A stretch of 64,000 nucleotides of DNA from the NCBI GenBank assembly GCA_013115145.1, contig JAAPAO010000006.1:132223-196222 (forward strand). Reading direction: 5' to 3'. The DNA is from Perkinsus chesapeaki ATCC PRA-425. Lineage: Eukaryota; Protista; Perkinsozoa. Below the pieces are notes generated by a model that was given only the letters and a program-made list of their open reading frames with translations, ran no database searches and had not been told where the DNA came from. Position numbers and translations under genes: made by a program. Of the stretch, positions 13,657 through 25,821 are shown one piece after another. Within the stretch, counting starts at the first letter, position 1. Each line of letters opens with the position of its first letter.

Positions 13657-14223
13657 TCACAGGAGTTTCACCCCCGTTATGTAAAACGCTAGCGTAAGGC
13701 ACATAAAGCATAACACAACACGTTAAACGCGAAACCCGTTTCACTGACGCGTATGAAAACGCGTAGCTATACCACTTCGGGTGCGGGGCCACAAGCTGAC
13801 AGTCAGCTGCCCAGTCTGACGGGGGCGAGGAGAAGGGCCATCCCAGCTCAGAGGACCAGGGCGAGGCCTTGCAAGGAGAGCGCGGGCGTCGCCGAGCAAA
13901 AGCTAAGGCTAGAGCTGCTACGACAAAGGGCCGCAAAAGGGCGAGAGCCTCTAAGTGAGCAATCTAAATAGCGTGGCCGGTTCCATCGGTGACATTCAAG
14001 TTCGAAGTTTCGGAATTCCAGTTAGTGTTTCGTTAATAGTAGCATCGCGTTTGTACCCGTGTTTAACTCGCTATACCGTGTTATATTGCTTTCAAGTTGG
14101 AGTGTTTCACAGGTGTTGGGAGAAACGCGTTTTACTCACGCGTTAACGCGAAAAACGCGTTATAACGCGTTATGATGGAGGTGTAAAACGCGTTATTGCG
14201 TTTTTCGCTAGTGTGAACGGCTC
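13657..14223. mobile_element. Putative degenerate DNA-transposon relic with ACGCGT-rich ends
   Basis: 7 ACGCGT copies (13747, 13759, 14125, 14138, 14155, 14165, 14188) flank a GC-rich orphan reading frame ending ...RRRAKAKARAATTKGRKRARASK*; right end GTGTGAACGGCTC. Confidence 0.4.
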
Positions 14224-14417
14224 TGAAGGTGTGTTGCCCCTTGTATTCTACTTCGATAAGTGGACCTATTGAATTGTTAGCCGAGCTTTAACGCGGTAGC
14301 CCTGCATGCTCAGCTACCTATTTATCGGGGGAGCTCCTTACTAACAGTGAATAGCATTCAACACTTTATCTCGCTCTTGTACGTCTATGAGAATATTAGC
14401 ATATTTATTGCTTATTC

Positions 14418-16293
14418 ATGTCCTCGCCTACCAAGAGCACCCCCTTGCCGGGTGCAGCCAATTTTAAAGGCAAGCAGCACGATCCACTTTTCTATTCATC
14501 AAGCTACAATCAACATGCATCACACACTATGCAGTCCCGAGTGAACCACGGGTATGCTTTAGACGGCACTCATTATGGCCTAGAGATTCGCGGTTTCCCC
14601 GTTCAGACTGGATGCAGAATCTTCTGGTGTACGTGGCTTGCTTTCTGAGGAATATCGAGAGAGGCGACCTGAGTGAGTGAACAAGCCCTCCAAGGTAGTA
14701 TTGTCATTATCAGGCCACCGGCTAAGTTCGACACTGAGCGCCTCAAAAGGGCATTTGATGTGTGTGACCTAGATCTGTCTGGGATACTCACAAAGGTGTC
14801 GATACTGACAACTTCATTTCATTATGGGCTCAAATTCAGGACAAGATGCGACATATTCTCGCTCTTTTGGGGCATGCGCTCGATGACGAAACTACTATTG
14901 ACACAATGCTAGGTGCGTTTGAGATGCCTGCTCCGTGCATTGCACGCATCACCACGTCCCGAAACCAGGAGACCTTGTGTCAGAGATGGCCGATTGTGAT
15001 GGTGATGGGCAAGTTACCTGGGACGATTTCGCTACTCTCTTCCGGAATCCTGCCCGAGCGCTAGAACGTGCTGATGCACGGGAGGCTCGCATGAAACAGA
15101 AGCGGGAAGAAATTGAGAAGCAACATAGAAAGATGAGAAACCAACAACAGGAGTGGATAGTGGCTGTTCAGGAAGAGAAGATGCCGGACACAGAGGAAAA
15201 CAAACTCCTCGGTGAACGTCGAGTTTACCCTCAGCACGTCCTTCAGAGCCTGTAGGTCTGTTCACGCAACTGACGGGTTCGGCTTCGATACGGCCTAGCG
15301 ATTTAAAGCATATGTATAAACTGTTCAAGGATGCTGATACTGTGAGTTGACTGGCCTTTCGCGGACTAATCTACGTCGAATCATGCTCCAGAAGACACTA
15401 CACTATTCGCCAGTTGGTGGCATTATCTTCCGGATAGATGGAGTAGCTGGGAACTCAACCCTGGGTCGTGAAAAGCCCAACGTTGGGCTGGTTTGACTCC
15501 TGTGCTCATATACGAATAAATACGAACATCAGGTTTTTGAACCGGGACGTTGGGGACAGAAATAGTTTCAGCTTTTAGTGCCGATCAGGACAATTCCGGT
15601 GAGCTCGAGCTCGATGAGTTTATGCGCATGTTCCCCGGTGAGGATGCCGCGTTGGTCCAGAGAATGTTCGATCTCTTCGATACAGATGGCAGTGGTAGCA
15701 TAGAGCTCAAAGAGTTCATTATTGGTGAGGTTGCAGAGGCTTTAGCTGTCGGTCACCTGCTTGTGACGACTCTCCCCGCTTGTGTTCATAATCGGCCCTA
15801 GCACACAGATGCGCTTGTTTAGTGTTACCTCTCTCCCATGTGCTGTTATGCACATTGCTTTAGGACGTATCTTCGCATTTACACGTATCTTTCGTTAGGA
15901 CTATCCAGCCTTTCCAGTGTGTCTACTGTTGACAAGGTGAAGTTTGCATTTAATCTCTATGATTTGGATAATTCTGGTTTCCTCGATTACGGCGAGTTGT
16001 TGCAATTGTTAACTGCAGCTCAGGCAGGCATGGGAAAGATAAAAGAGTCAGATGTCCGAGCTCGGGTAGCCGCCATCTCGTTTAATTCGCTTCGCTGCAA
16101 GATGGCTCGTCAGGCAAGAGAAGTCTACTCTAAACTTGGCATTCTCGCAAATGAGGCTTCAAATGGTGACGATGAGTTGTACCCTCCATTGTCTTTTGAA
16201 CAGTTTGTTAGCCTTGCGAGGGAGAGTCCCCAGTTACTGCTGCCAGCGCATGCTATTACTAAAAGAGCCACGGTACAAAAGCAAGCACGTTGA
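14418..16293 (+). CDS. Multi-EF-hand calcium-binding protein (calcineurin-B/calmodulin-like)
   Basis: EF loops DLDLSGILT, DCDGDGQVTWDDF, DQDNSGELELDEF, DTDGSGSIELKEF, DLDNSGFLDYGEL; coiled-coil linker. Confidence 0.88.
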
Positions 16294-16405
16294 TATGTTT
16301 TGTGTTGTGTTCCCCTTATAGAAGACCAGACTTTCATTTGACTTAGTAGTTCGTTTTGGCACCTTCGAGTCCGTTCCAGTCCATCTTTCAATCCAGCCGT
16401 TCGAT

Positions 16406-17700
16406 ATGTCGGACCTGGTGCCCCTTTACGAGGTAGCGGACGTTACTGTCGATACTTCGTTGAGGTGCGTAATGTCCACTTTTGCTTGTGAGTACCTTGC
16501 TTACAACCACAAGGATGGTGTGCTGGTTCTCTCCAAGTTCAGCGGGTCTGCCACTTCGCTTCGTGCTACTGCTACTACTGTAAATCCATGGGGTATCAAT
16601 CGTTTCCCCGAAGCATATATAATGCTTTGACTATGGACGACGAGGAGCGCATTGAGCGACATCGTTACGGTGCCAATCATGTATCTAGGCACACCGAGGC
16701 TCATTGGGGCAAGGCGGAGAAGCTGGATGCACTTCTGCAATCGTGGGGACGTACCTAGTAGGTACTACCTACGATACTGTTCTTGTGCTTGGTGACTTCA
16801 TGACTCGTGATGAAGATATCTACACGGTTGTCAACAAGTTCGCTACTTCCGCAGTGCTCCGGAAGGAGTCTGACTTGTCAATTGACTCTACTGGTCTCAG
16901 CGCTCGATCTACTTTGTCGGACTTGGACCATGAGCGATCAACCAATCCCGAGTTAAACCCAGGTGTATTCGCATGTACTGTTGGCAAGCGTGGCGCGAGG
17001 GCAGCTTATCATCTCGCAGACTGTCATGATGTCGTTTTCTTACTGGCGAAGTGTGCGTGGGCTTTTGCTAACAGAACTAGTAGTCCAATCGGCGGGTCGG
17101 CAACAACTGGGAAGGAGGGACCGCAAGATGTCAGCTTGACATTGTCAAGAATGACGCCGATGCCGCGCTTCCCAGAACAGCTACAATCAGTGCTCATCCG
17201 TGAGCAGGTCGATTTAGTGGTCGCATACGGCCAGCATTACCACTCTTCTAGTATTGCACTACAGAAACTGTTCCTGAGAAACATATACTCTATGACTTGT
17301 CTCCGACTAAGTCCTAGACGCTGTTGTGTTTTGCGAGTATTTCGGTGGGTCGTTGAGCCAGACTCTGATCGTTGACCGTTTGCCAATAAGCATCGTTCGA
17401 TTAATCCAGCGACGTTGCATACCGGAGGATGTTTCGTCTACAGTCTCTGGTACGATCCGCCAGTAGGTTCTTAAAACGCAATCGTTTCAGGGCCCCCAGG
17501 AAGCCGTTCCCTGAGGAACAAGCCGCTGGTTCGAGGAAAATGATACATCTTTGGTAGTGCCGAGGGCTTAGCGGACAGGCAATACCGCTTCGAGGCGCAA
17601 TAGCCTGAGTAATGAAGTCTAGGTGAAGCTTATTTTCCACCAACAGCATGCATAAAAGATCCCGGCGGACTTCTCTCAGTGAGAGACTCTCACGACTCAC
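16406..17700 (+). CDS. Hypothetical protein (3' end uncertain)
   Basis: ATG at 16406, GT-AG introns, 223-aa open frame at 16704-17375. Confidence 0.45.
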
Positions 17701-17895
17701 TCACCATACGCATGCGCATTCAGCTAATTCGCTCAAGAAGTGCTACATGCATCCATTAATTCGATTTAGGCCAAGGAAGTACTACTAATAGGCTATTAAT
17801 CATCAGACTTTTCCCTTCTAGTGTTCGATTTCCGATTCCCTTCTTGGCCGTATCGTACTACAGCCAACATATTACCCGACGAAGCATTTCATAGA

Positions 17896-19846
17896 ATGTC
17901 GCTATCCGAGCCCTCGCATAAAACCCCCTTCCAGGCTACACAGCCGAGAGTTCGGGCCGATTTGATGATCTGTCTTCTTTGTATATTCAGCGATTTTCTT
18001 GGAGACAACCTGCTGGTGCCCTCCTATGCGGCTTTCTTGCAAAACAATCTACCACCCGGTAATTTCTTCAGAGAGTCAGGTCGACATTATGCGCCACTTT
18101 TAGGACTGGAGTTCGGCGTAGCGGCATCAGTGATGTCTATGACCTACCTTATAGGAAAGGCCATATGTCCTTTATACTTTAGCAGCTTGAGTGACTTTTT
18201 TGGTCGCTGGAGCTGTTTAGTTGTGTCATCCTTCTTCACCGCTGTTGGTTTTCTTTTACAGGTAAGATTTCCTTTCATCGCTAAGAACCTCGACCATGTA
18301 TCTCGGGCTCTCTTCAGGCTCTCGCCTGGGATTTCTGGACCATTGTTGCTTTCCGTATTCTCACTGGACTTGCCGGTGGAACTCGGTCAGTGAGCATTGT
18401 GTAAGTTCACTGTGAAGCCATCCGGCTGGGGTTTGGTTATACCCTACGACCCGGAGCCTTCTAATCCCGCTTGGTATCTTATGAATTCAGATATATATCG
18501 GACTGGGTGAAGTCGCCTCGAATATTGGCTTTTTGGATGTCCTGGGTGTCTGTCACCCAGAGCATAGCCATGACAATCGGGCCGCTCTTCGGAGGTCTAG
18601 TGGTTAGTGTAAGAACTGCGGTTGCGCCGTATGAACGGTCACCTCTCTTTTCCTTAGTTGGATCCTAAGCATCCCTTCAACGCTGCTTATGTAGCCTTTG
18701 TTCTTAACGCACTAAGCTTCCTCATGCTCCTCATATTTGTCCGCAAGACTCCGTATGATACGACAGCTACATTTTGGCGTTCTCGTCGTGGTGTGAAGGA
18801 GGAGCTCGTACTTTTTGATACTAAAGAGAAAGGGAGCCTCTCCCCTGACACCAAGTTGGAAGGTTGTAGCAGTCTTGTGCTGCCAAGATCAGCTGGCCCT
18901 CGAGTCCAATGGTGAGTAGGTATTTCCGAGGAAGACAGAATCTAAACTTCGTTCGATGACAGAGTCTTGACCATGGACAGACTCTGTGTTCTTCAGGATC
19001 GCCATTTTACCTTTGCTGCTTGCCTTTGGATTATCCAACGGTGTCAGCCAAGCGTGGTCCGTAATCCTTGTGACGGTACAGTCTGATCTTGCGGTATCAC
19101 CATTGATGATTGGCTTGCTGGGAGCATGGTGCGGGATTTGGATCATGTGTAATAGTTGCTCTTGGTGAGGTCTGTGCGGAATCCATTTTTTGCTTTCAGT
19201 TGGACAGCTTGTGGTGTTCCCACTCTGGTTGAATAAGCTCAAGTGGTCCATTGCATCTCTCATGATATTTGGTTTCGCGGTTTCGGCAGTAATTATTATT
19301 CTGGCCTTCGTGGAGAACCTATGGGCAGTATCTGCCGTCGGTGCTATCTTCTCTGCGGCCATCCCGTTAGCTAAAACGGGCGCGTTCTCGGTAGAGATCT
19401 TCTTCGGAAGTGATTATACCACGATACTCTTTCAGTTATTCCCGCAGTTATGCGATGCGTCAGTAAAAGGTCGTCTTTTCGGAGTTTTCTCTGCGGTTTC
19501 GAATGGGAGCAAAGCAGGGTTCATGCTCCTAGTTGGCGCCCTACACGATGTGTCATATCCGCTCCCTTATATCGGAGTACGGGATAGATCTCGCGATTAT
19601 CATGCGTATTTTATTGTTTTCTAGATAACAGCCTCAGTCGTCTTCGGCGTGCTGGTGAGCGTAACTTTTTTGCTAACCTACCCAAAGGCTGCTCGTCGCC
19701 AGAAGTGCCTGAATGTCGAAATGCACTCTGCCAAATTTGGTCGGGAGATTTGCCAAAGTCAGTCGATTTGGACGAAGGTGAGAGGATCTATCCATTCCCA
19801 TGCAAGGGTCGATGGGAGCACTCCCTTCCCCTGCCCTAGGGCATGA
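17896..19846 (+). CDS. MFS transporter (DHA1/TetA-like)
   Basis: About 12 hydrophobic segments; SSLSDFFGRW (MFS motif A), FRILTGLAGG, IGPLFGG, VKGRLFG. Confidence 0.88.
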
Positions 19847-19960
19847 CCGAGTCTGGCCATTGATGGTTGAGCATCACTGCTGGGCTAATTGATTTGGCTT
19901 TTCTCTCAGAGCTGCCTTGTCAACCGCTTCTGCCAATTTCACCACAAGTGTCACCACAAT

Positions 19961-22900
19961 ATGGTGTTGCTCCCGTTCGGAGAGGTATCCGTTGCTGAGC
20001 TCTCGGCTTTGTCGCATTGCGTCGCCCGTGGGTACTGGCAACCACAGCGGAATTTATACAGCAGTGAATCGGTAGACGGGCTCGACCCGGTCAGTCTCCC
20101 AGGGTTGTTCGCTTGGCAGGTTCTCATCCCCCCGATCCTGGTCTCCTTCCTAGGGCAGTGGGCGTCACAGATGTTTGAGGCGCATGGGCTCAAAAACTGG
20201 AATGCATGCTTGTCAGAGATTGAGTTCATCCTCGATATAGGTGAAAGGAAGACCACTATTCCACCTCGTCGAATTTGGAACTAGGCCTGCCGTGTCTCCC
20301 ACTCGGAGGTGCACCACATGAGAAGAGAGTTGCGGAGCTTTGGGGGACCATATCATTGCATGAAGCTGCTCATAAACTGATGGCTGAAAAAAGAATAGAG
20401 AAGACGAAATCGGGTAGGTATAAGAGAGCGTGCTGTGCAAGTCAGTGAGATACAGGGCAGGCTGTAGCGTTGTGGTTTCTTGTTCAGGACTCAGGGATCA
20501 AGTCAAAGGGGCTTTCAAGAGGCTGCGTATGAATCCTGCTCGCAAGCCGACTTTTTCTGATCGCCTAGCGCTTGGGAAGAATCTCAGCTCCCTGCTGGTT
20601 CGCAAAGGCTATGTTGATTGGACGTACCTATTCTCCGAGGAGTCCGTCATACATGTTCTCTTACGGAGCACCTTTCCTCCGCGCAATCATTTTCATGACA
20701 AAGCTACAATGTTTGTAACGACGCTGCACCATCTGCGCTTCTTCGGCAAACCTCTGTCTACTGTAGATTTGAAAGAAGCTCGTATACAGATTAGTGCTAG
20801 TACCAACTCACTGAGCTCAACTCAACACAGTTGTTGAACTGTGCTGAATCCTTTGTTTCCTTGTGAAGTTGCCTGTTATCAATACGAGCCGCCTGCTCGT
20901 TGCTCATGTCCAGTAGGCAGTTATTGTATCGTGAAACTTTTATTTAGGCTATCCTTTGTCTCATGTCATGGCTCGTATCTGGGAGTTATTCCGTTTGCGA
21001 CTTGTATTTTCTCTTACTTTCCTGTATTATTCTGGCATAGCCCCTTATCGCTGCTATTGTAGTTCTCTGGCTCATTGGATGTCAGAGTAGCAGGGTCGAT
21101 ACAACGTCAATTCCGAATATCGGTAACTTTTTCTTAGCTACTTTACTCAAAATCTGCTGCTTATCACTGAGGTGCTGTCTGCCCGGTATTACACTGGCAG
21201 TATAAATGGTCAATATGTTGGAGCACGCGTATAGAGAAGTCGTTCGTGATCTTTGAGATCAATTTCTTTTTCACAGATAGTGGTTACTGGCTACAATACA
21301 ATTGGCGTTGCGTTTTGGTTCAAGAACATTACAGTAGTAACTTTATCCGGAAATTTGCGAGTAGAGACTTTGGAACAGCAGTACCAAACCTGAGCGAACC
21401 GTACTGAGCCCCCTACTAGGGGACCCTTTAGTGTCATTGGCAAATTTAATATGATAACTGAGCCATTGGCTATAGTCGCGACGTTTGTAATAGTGCTCAA
21501 GTTATCGCGCACATTAGAAGTGTATCTCCGCGACGTCTCCGTATCTCTCTGACTGCCTGAGTTGTCGAGTAGTTTTCGATGAGTAGGCGAAGTCGAGCGC
21601 ACCTTCTGCTTGTCGGTGGACTGTTGGCCGTTCAGCTAGTAAGCCCTGGGCGCATGGAGCTCCTGTGCTTGCTCGATTCCGTTAAGTTACATGCTTCTTG
21701 TTATCGGACGATAACAGATTTGGATCCATACAGAGCACGCTTCTCGGAAACCCTAAACTCGTGTATTCAGGTGAATATGACCAAGGATTCGTCCCAACGG
21801 GACAACTTGGCGAGCGCAGTAGGCCTTTTGGCAATCCTAGTTGACCAGGCTTTGGTACTCTTCTGCGGAGTGCAGCGAAGTAATGCTATGGGATGTAGCC
21901 TACATCATGTAGGGCTATTTGGCAGAGCGATAGCGTTTTCCAGACGACTTCAGCCGTTAGACGTTTTCCCTTTCGTAGATAGTTACTTATATCAGTTGCG
22001 CCACTACGCAATGTGTATTGCGTATGCCAGCTGTGTCTCAGGAATCATAACATCAGCTTGCGTTTACATTCTGATGGGCGGCTGCTTGATATCTCTTCCG
22101 GGTTGGAATGTCGGAGTTTGGATATTTGTAATGTGGCGATTCCTCTCTTCGGTAGTAACCTACATCAAAGGCAGTTGGCGTAGTGGTCCGTTCACGACAA
22201 GTAAGGGATAGCCGGGGTCGAAGGTTGCTTGTTATAAAGCACTCATACCGTTTAAGGTAAACTTCCCTTGGAAGACAGTACGCCGGATTCGAAGTTGTCC
22301 TCTTCATATGAGGCAGACGTTTCAAAAATCTCCGATCATCTCCTGGTCGGTTGCAATAGCCCACCGACAAAGAATACGCCAGCAATAGACGTTCTGGATT
22401 TTTGCAATCAACGGTTAGTCGTATTGTTTGGATACGACCGATTAACGGCTCATGGTTCAGGCTGTTACGAGGTTTTTGGCGGGAGTTTGAGTTACCAGCA
22501 ACCGGCCGTAATCTTATGTCAATTATGGAGATTGCAGGTATAGCTAAAGACGCGACGAAGTACATGGTGGCGGCTCCGGTAAGTAATGTGCGTAATAAAG
22601 TCTGATGATAAATCCTTATGGAGCCTTCGACGATGTACTAACCTTCTTGTGTAGATGAACGTTGCAGTTGTTATCGGTCCAAGTCCCGAAAGTGCCGAAG
22701 TCTTATCTCTGGTTTCTTGTTGTATAATGATTATTCGGGGAATAGCTAAAGATGGGAGGCAGGCCTTCACATCTTACGCCCTCAAGCGGTAGGTTTATTT
22801 GGCTCGGTTTCGAGAGAATAACTGTTCTTACTTACATCTCCAGGATACTCGAAATCGTCCAGTATGCCAGTTGTAAGTTCAGATACATTGCGCCTGTTCC

Positions 22901-23930
22901 TCGTCCTGAAGACATCCTTCATCCATCCTCGATTCGGCAGCTTGATCTGTTATCCACGACAGCTCAGTTTCTCACCACGAATGAAATGAAACCTCCAAAG
23001 GAGTGGGCGGTGGCGTCTGTATCGGTTTTCAACATTCCTGATTGGCTGGGTAATGTTAACGTTAGCATTATCAATCTCTACGGTGATAAACGTTTGGTGG
23101 TCGAGCGGCAAGTCTTGCTACGCAATGAACAGAGAATGACCGCCAGTTTCAACTGGAAAGATGATGAGACGCCGATAGTTTCCGGGGAGGTACGTGCAAG
23201 CAGGCTAGGTTATTTTACATACTAGTTCTGTTCGATCTCGCGGACTAAGTGCAATACGTGATTGTATGTCTCATTCTGCTCTTCAGGTTTATGTCGTACT
23301 TGAGCGATGTGTCTCGGTCCCGGACGATCCTCGGGATCCTCGACTCCTCGGGAGCTACGGGTGCCTACTACCGGACTCGACGCACCTTCAGAAAATGCTA
23401 GCCTCAAGCTCGGGAGCGCATTACTTCGACTTGTCAGTTGATCAGTGTGATGTTTATGACCCTAGGCTCAAATCTACAGGTAAGCGCTTCCCATGTAGTA
23501 GCTCACGTGACCATTTATTCGCAACATTAAGTATTGCTTGGATGATTTTTTCCGATTCCGGCTGTACGAGCCACATTCAATGTAGGCATCTCAGGTATCT
23601 CGCTGAGCGTGCTCCTGCGACCAGTTGAAGGGCTTTCTTCTGCTGCCAGGGCAATACCTTTCCCTCCGAGTCCAGAAGAGATAGGAGATTTTTTAGACTT
23701 GCCCGTTACACAGCCGACCTCTTAATGTTTGTTCCGTACGTGTTGCTCAAATTGACCTTGAGTTCCAGAGTGCGACATCCTTATACAGTATTTATGCACG
23801 CCCGTTTCACCTAGCTTTTCTGAGGGCCCTCAGTAAGGACCCTGCACTTCCTGAACTGAAGAAGCTTTTGAACTGAACCTCTCCGAGCCTCGATTTACGT
23901 TAGTATATCTGAACTGGATTCCAACATGAG
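19961..23930 (+). CDS. Large hypothetical membrane protein (multi-exon)
   Basis: Consecutive in-frame spliceable ORFs (19889-20284, 20430-20837, 21579-22211 with TM-like segments, 22752-23225, 23266-23628); no family recognised. Confidence 0.5.
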
Positions 23931-24029
23931 GAGACCTGTGAAATACGAAACGGTCGCTGTTAAGTCGATGATGCTGGGGCGAGCGCGAAAGTAAAATGTT
24001 ATCTCGTTGCATAAGGGATCGTTCAATTA

Positions 24030-24117
24030 ACCGATTTTGAAATTCAGAATCTATTCCAGAACTGCTTTTAACACGTAAAATGCGATGCTGGAATCGATTC
24101 TGAATCTCAGAATTGGT
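24030..24117. repeat. 88-bp imperfect palindrome flanked by TTA (MITE-like)
   Basis: Arms match at 26 of the first 30 positions; TTA at 24027-24029 and 24118-24120. Confidence 0.6.
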
Positions 24118-24428
24118 TTAATGAACATTGGGTAAGTGTTCCCGGCCGGTCATTGATTGAAAGTTAGACTTAGTTGAATGACCTTTTACTATTATTAAGA
24201 TTACGTCACCGCTTTCGGATCTCGGAGATTCAATCTCTCCGTTACGCCGTAGGCCACGTACACTCGATCATGCGCCGCGCGGACTCAACCCGTACATGTT
24301 GAGATATATTAAGATCTCATTAACCAGGAACTCGCCGAGCTAGGAGATGTCAAATAACTGAGACTTCGAATGCATGGGAATGACTGAGGAACACTCAGCT
24401 TAGCTGCGAACAAAACATATCATGTTAG

Positions 24429-24562
24429 GTAAATGTTGCAGTTTTTATTATCTCAAGTCCCAAAAGAGTCGAAGTCGTATCTCTGGTTTCCTGCTTTATA
24501 ATGATTACTCGGGGAATGGCTGAAGATCGAAGACATCCTTCTACGTGTCTTAGACGGAAGAG
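24429..24562 (+). pseudogene. Diverged orphan copy of exon 22655-22788
   Basis: Ungapped alignment; 63/73 identical in the core; AG acceptor kept, GT donor lost. Confidence 0.7.
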
Positions 24563-25001
24563 CGTTTAGAGGGACGGCTATTGTAGTATCACAACCTACT
24601 GGACCTAGCATATTTTGTTGCCCGTTCAATCTCGCTATCCAAAGAAATCCACGAGTCAGGCTCGCCAGAATCTGACTGAATGGCTTCCTAGCATCCTGAA
24701 ACTCGGAAACTTCCCTCTGTGTGACTTCATTGTGGCGTCGGATATATATGCAAATGGGGCCACTCGCTCACACTTTAAACCCTCCAGCCAAAATATAGTC
24801 TCAACGGCTCACTGCACAGGCCTTGCAAATCGCATTGCTACCTACAAACGCCCTGTATGGACTTCTAGTTGGTGACAATTCATGCTTTTTAGCTGAGATT
24901 CCTTGATGTGACGGCTACGTCTTCAGCTGTACATTGGCTGTTGCGTTCGATCAGTGATCTATCGAACACTTCCCACCAGAGCTAGCTTTTTCGAGCTCCT
25001 A

Positions 25002-25657
25002 ATGGCGTATTCGGACGATGAGGAGATGTCCGATGAAGAGCATCAGCGGCCGATGGTAGTAATCGGGGAATCACGGTGTTGGGGACGCCAATGGGCTCAG
25101 GTCACGTCGATGATACCGGATACGCTTAACAACCATCAACTACGGTGTTGTCTAAGGTCTAGCGTGACCTAGTGAAACGGATTCAAATGTGTGTCTCCTG
25201 ACAGATGCCACATTATCCTCTCGGTGTCTCAATTCGTAAGACACGGCTGTCCAAACTGCCAGGATATTGATATGGAGGGAGACAAGACCCTAGTAGAGGA
25301 TTACACTACCAAGAACTTTTCTGGGTACGCATATTCTACTGGGGATTGCAGTCGCGCGAGTCAAGCTGATAAGCGTTGACATAAATAATATCGCTCAACG
25401 CCGGCGCGGTCGAACTAGCTGCTTTCAGTGGCGTGTCGGTCATGAATCCGTCAAGGAGCTGGGTAGCACGACAACTGAAACTAAGTAGGTCGCAAAATTA
25501 GCTTTTTCGAGTCATGTACTCTCAGGTACCTTTTGCGCGGGTATGTATGCAGTTGCGGCTCAAGGTGATGGGGAGGCTCAAGGGTAATATCCGCTTTACT
25601 AGTGGGTAATATTCTCTTCTCAGTGACTACGATGACGAGTATGAAGAAGACTACTGA
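25002..25657 (+). CDS. SPT4: Transcription elongation factor Spt4
   Basis: LRCCLRCHIILSVSQFVRHGCPNC zinc site, TTKNFSG, MNPSRSWVAR, GMYAVA. Confidence 0.88.
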
Positions 25658-25821
25658 AATGAACGTTGGTTTAAAAAAGCATGCTGTTGCGTTACTGATG
25701 GTAGTAATTTTGCAACTAGCAGAATTCCCGTTGCTCTTCTCGGGGGAATTTCGTAACAGAGACCGGCTGAGTTCGATATTGCTTATGTGATATGTCGTTT
25801 TAGTGTTTCATGCCTCCGTAA

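Noticed and set aside
24176-24200. ACCTTTTACTA resembling U5 snRNA loop I
   Set aside because: Lacks the invariant G, has a weak stem, and has no Sm site downstream
25557-25582. Two GGCTCAAG 8-mers matching the 3' end of the Perkinsus/dinoflagellate spliced leader
   Set aside because: They lie in the Spt4 coding frame (AAQGDGEAQG) and the rest of the leader is absent; the hit at 42364-42371 likewise does not extend
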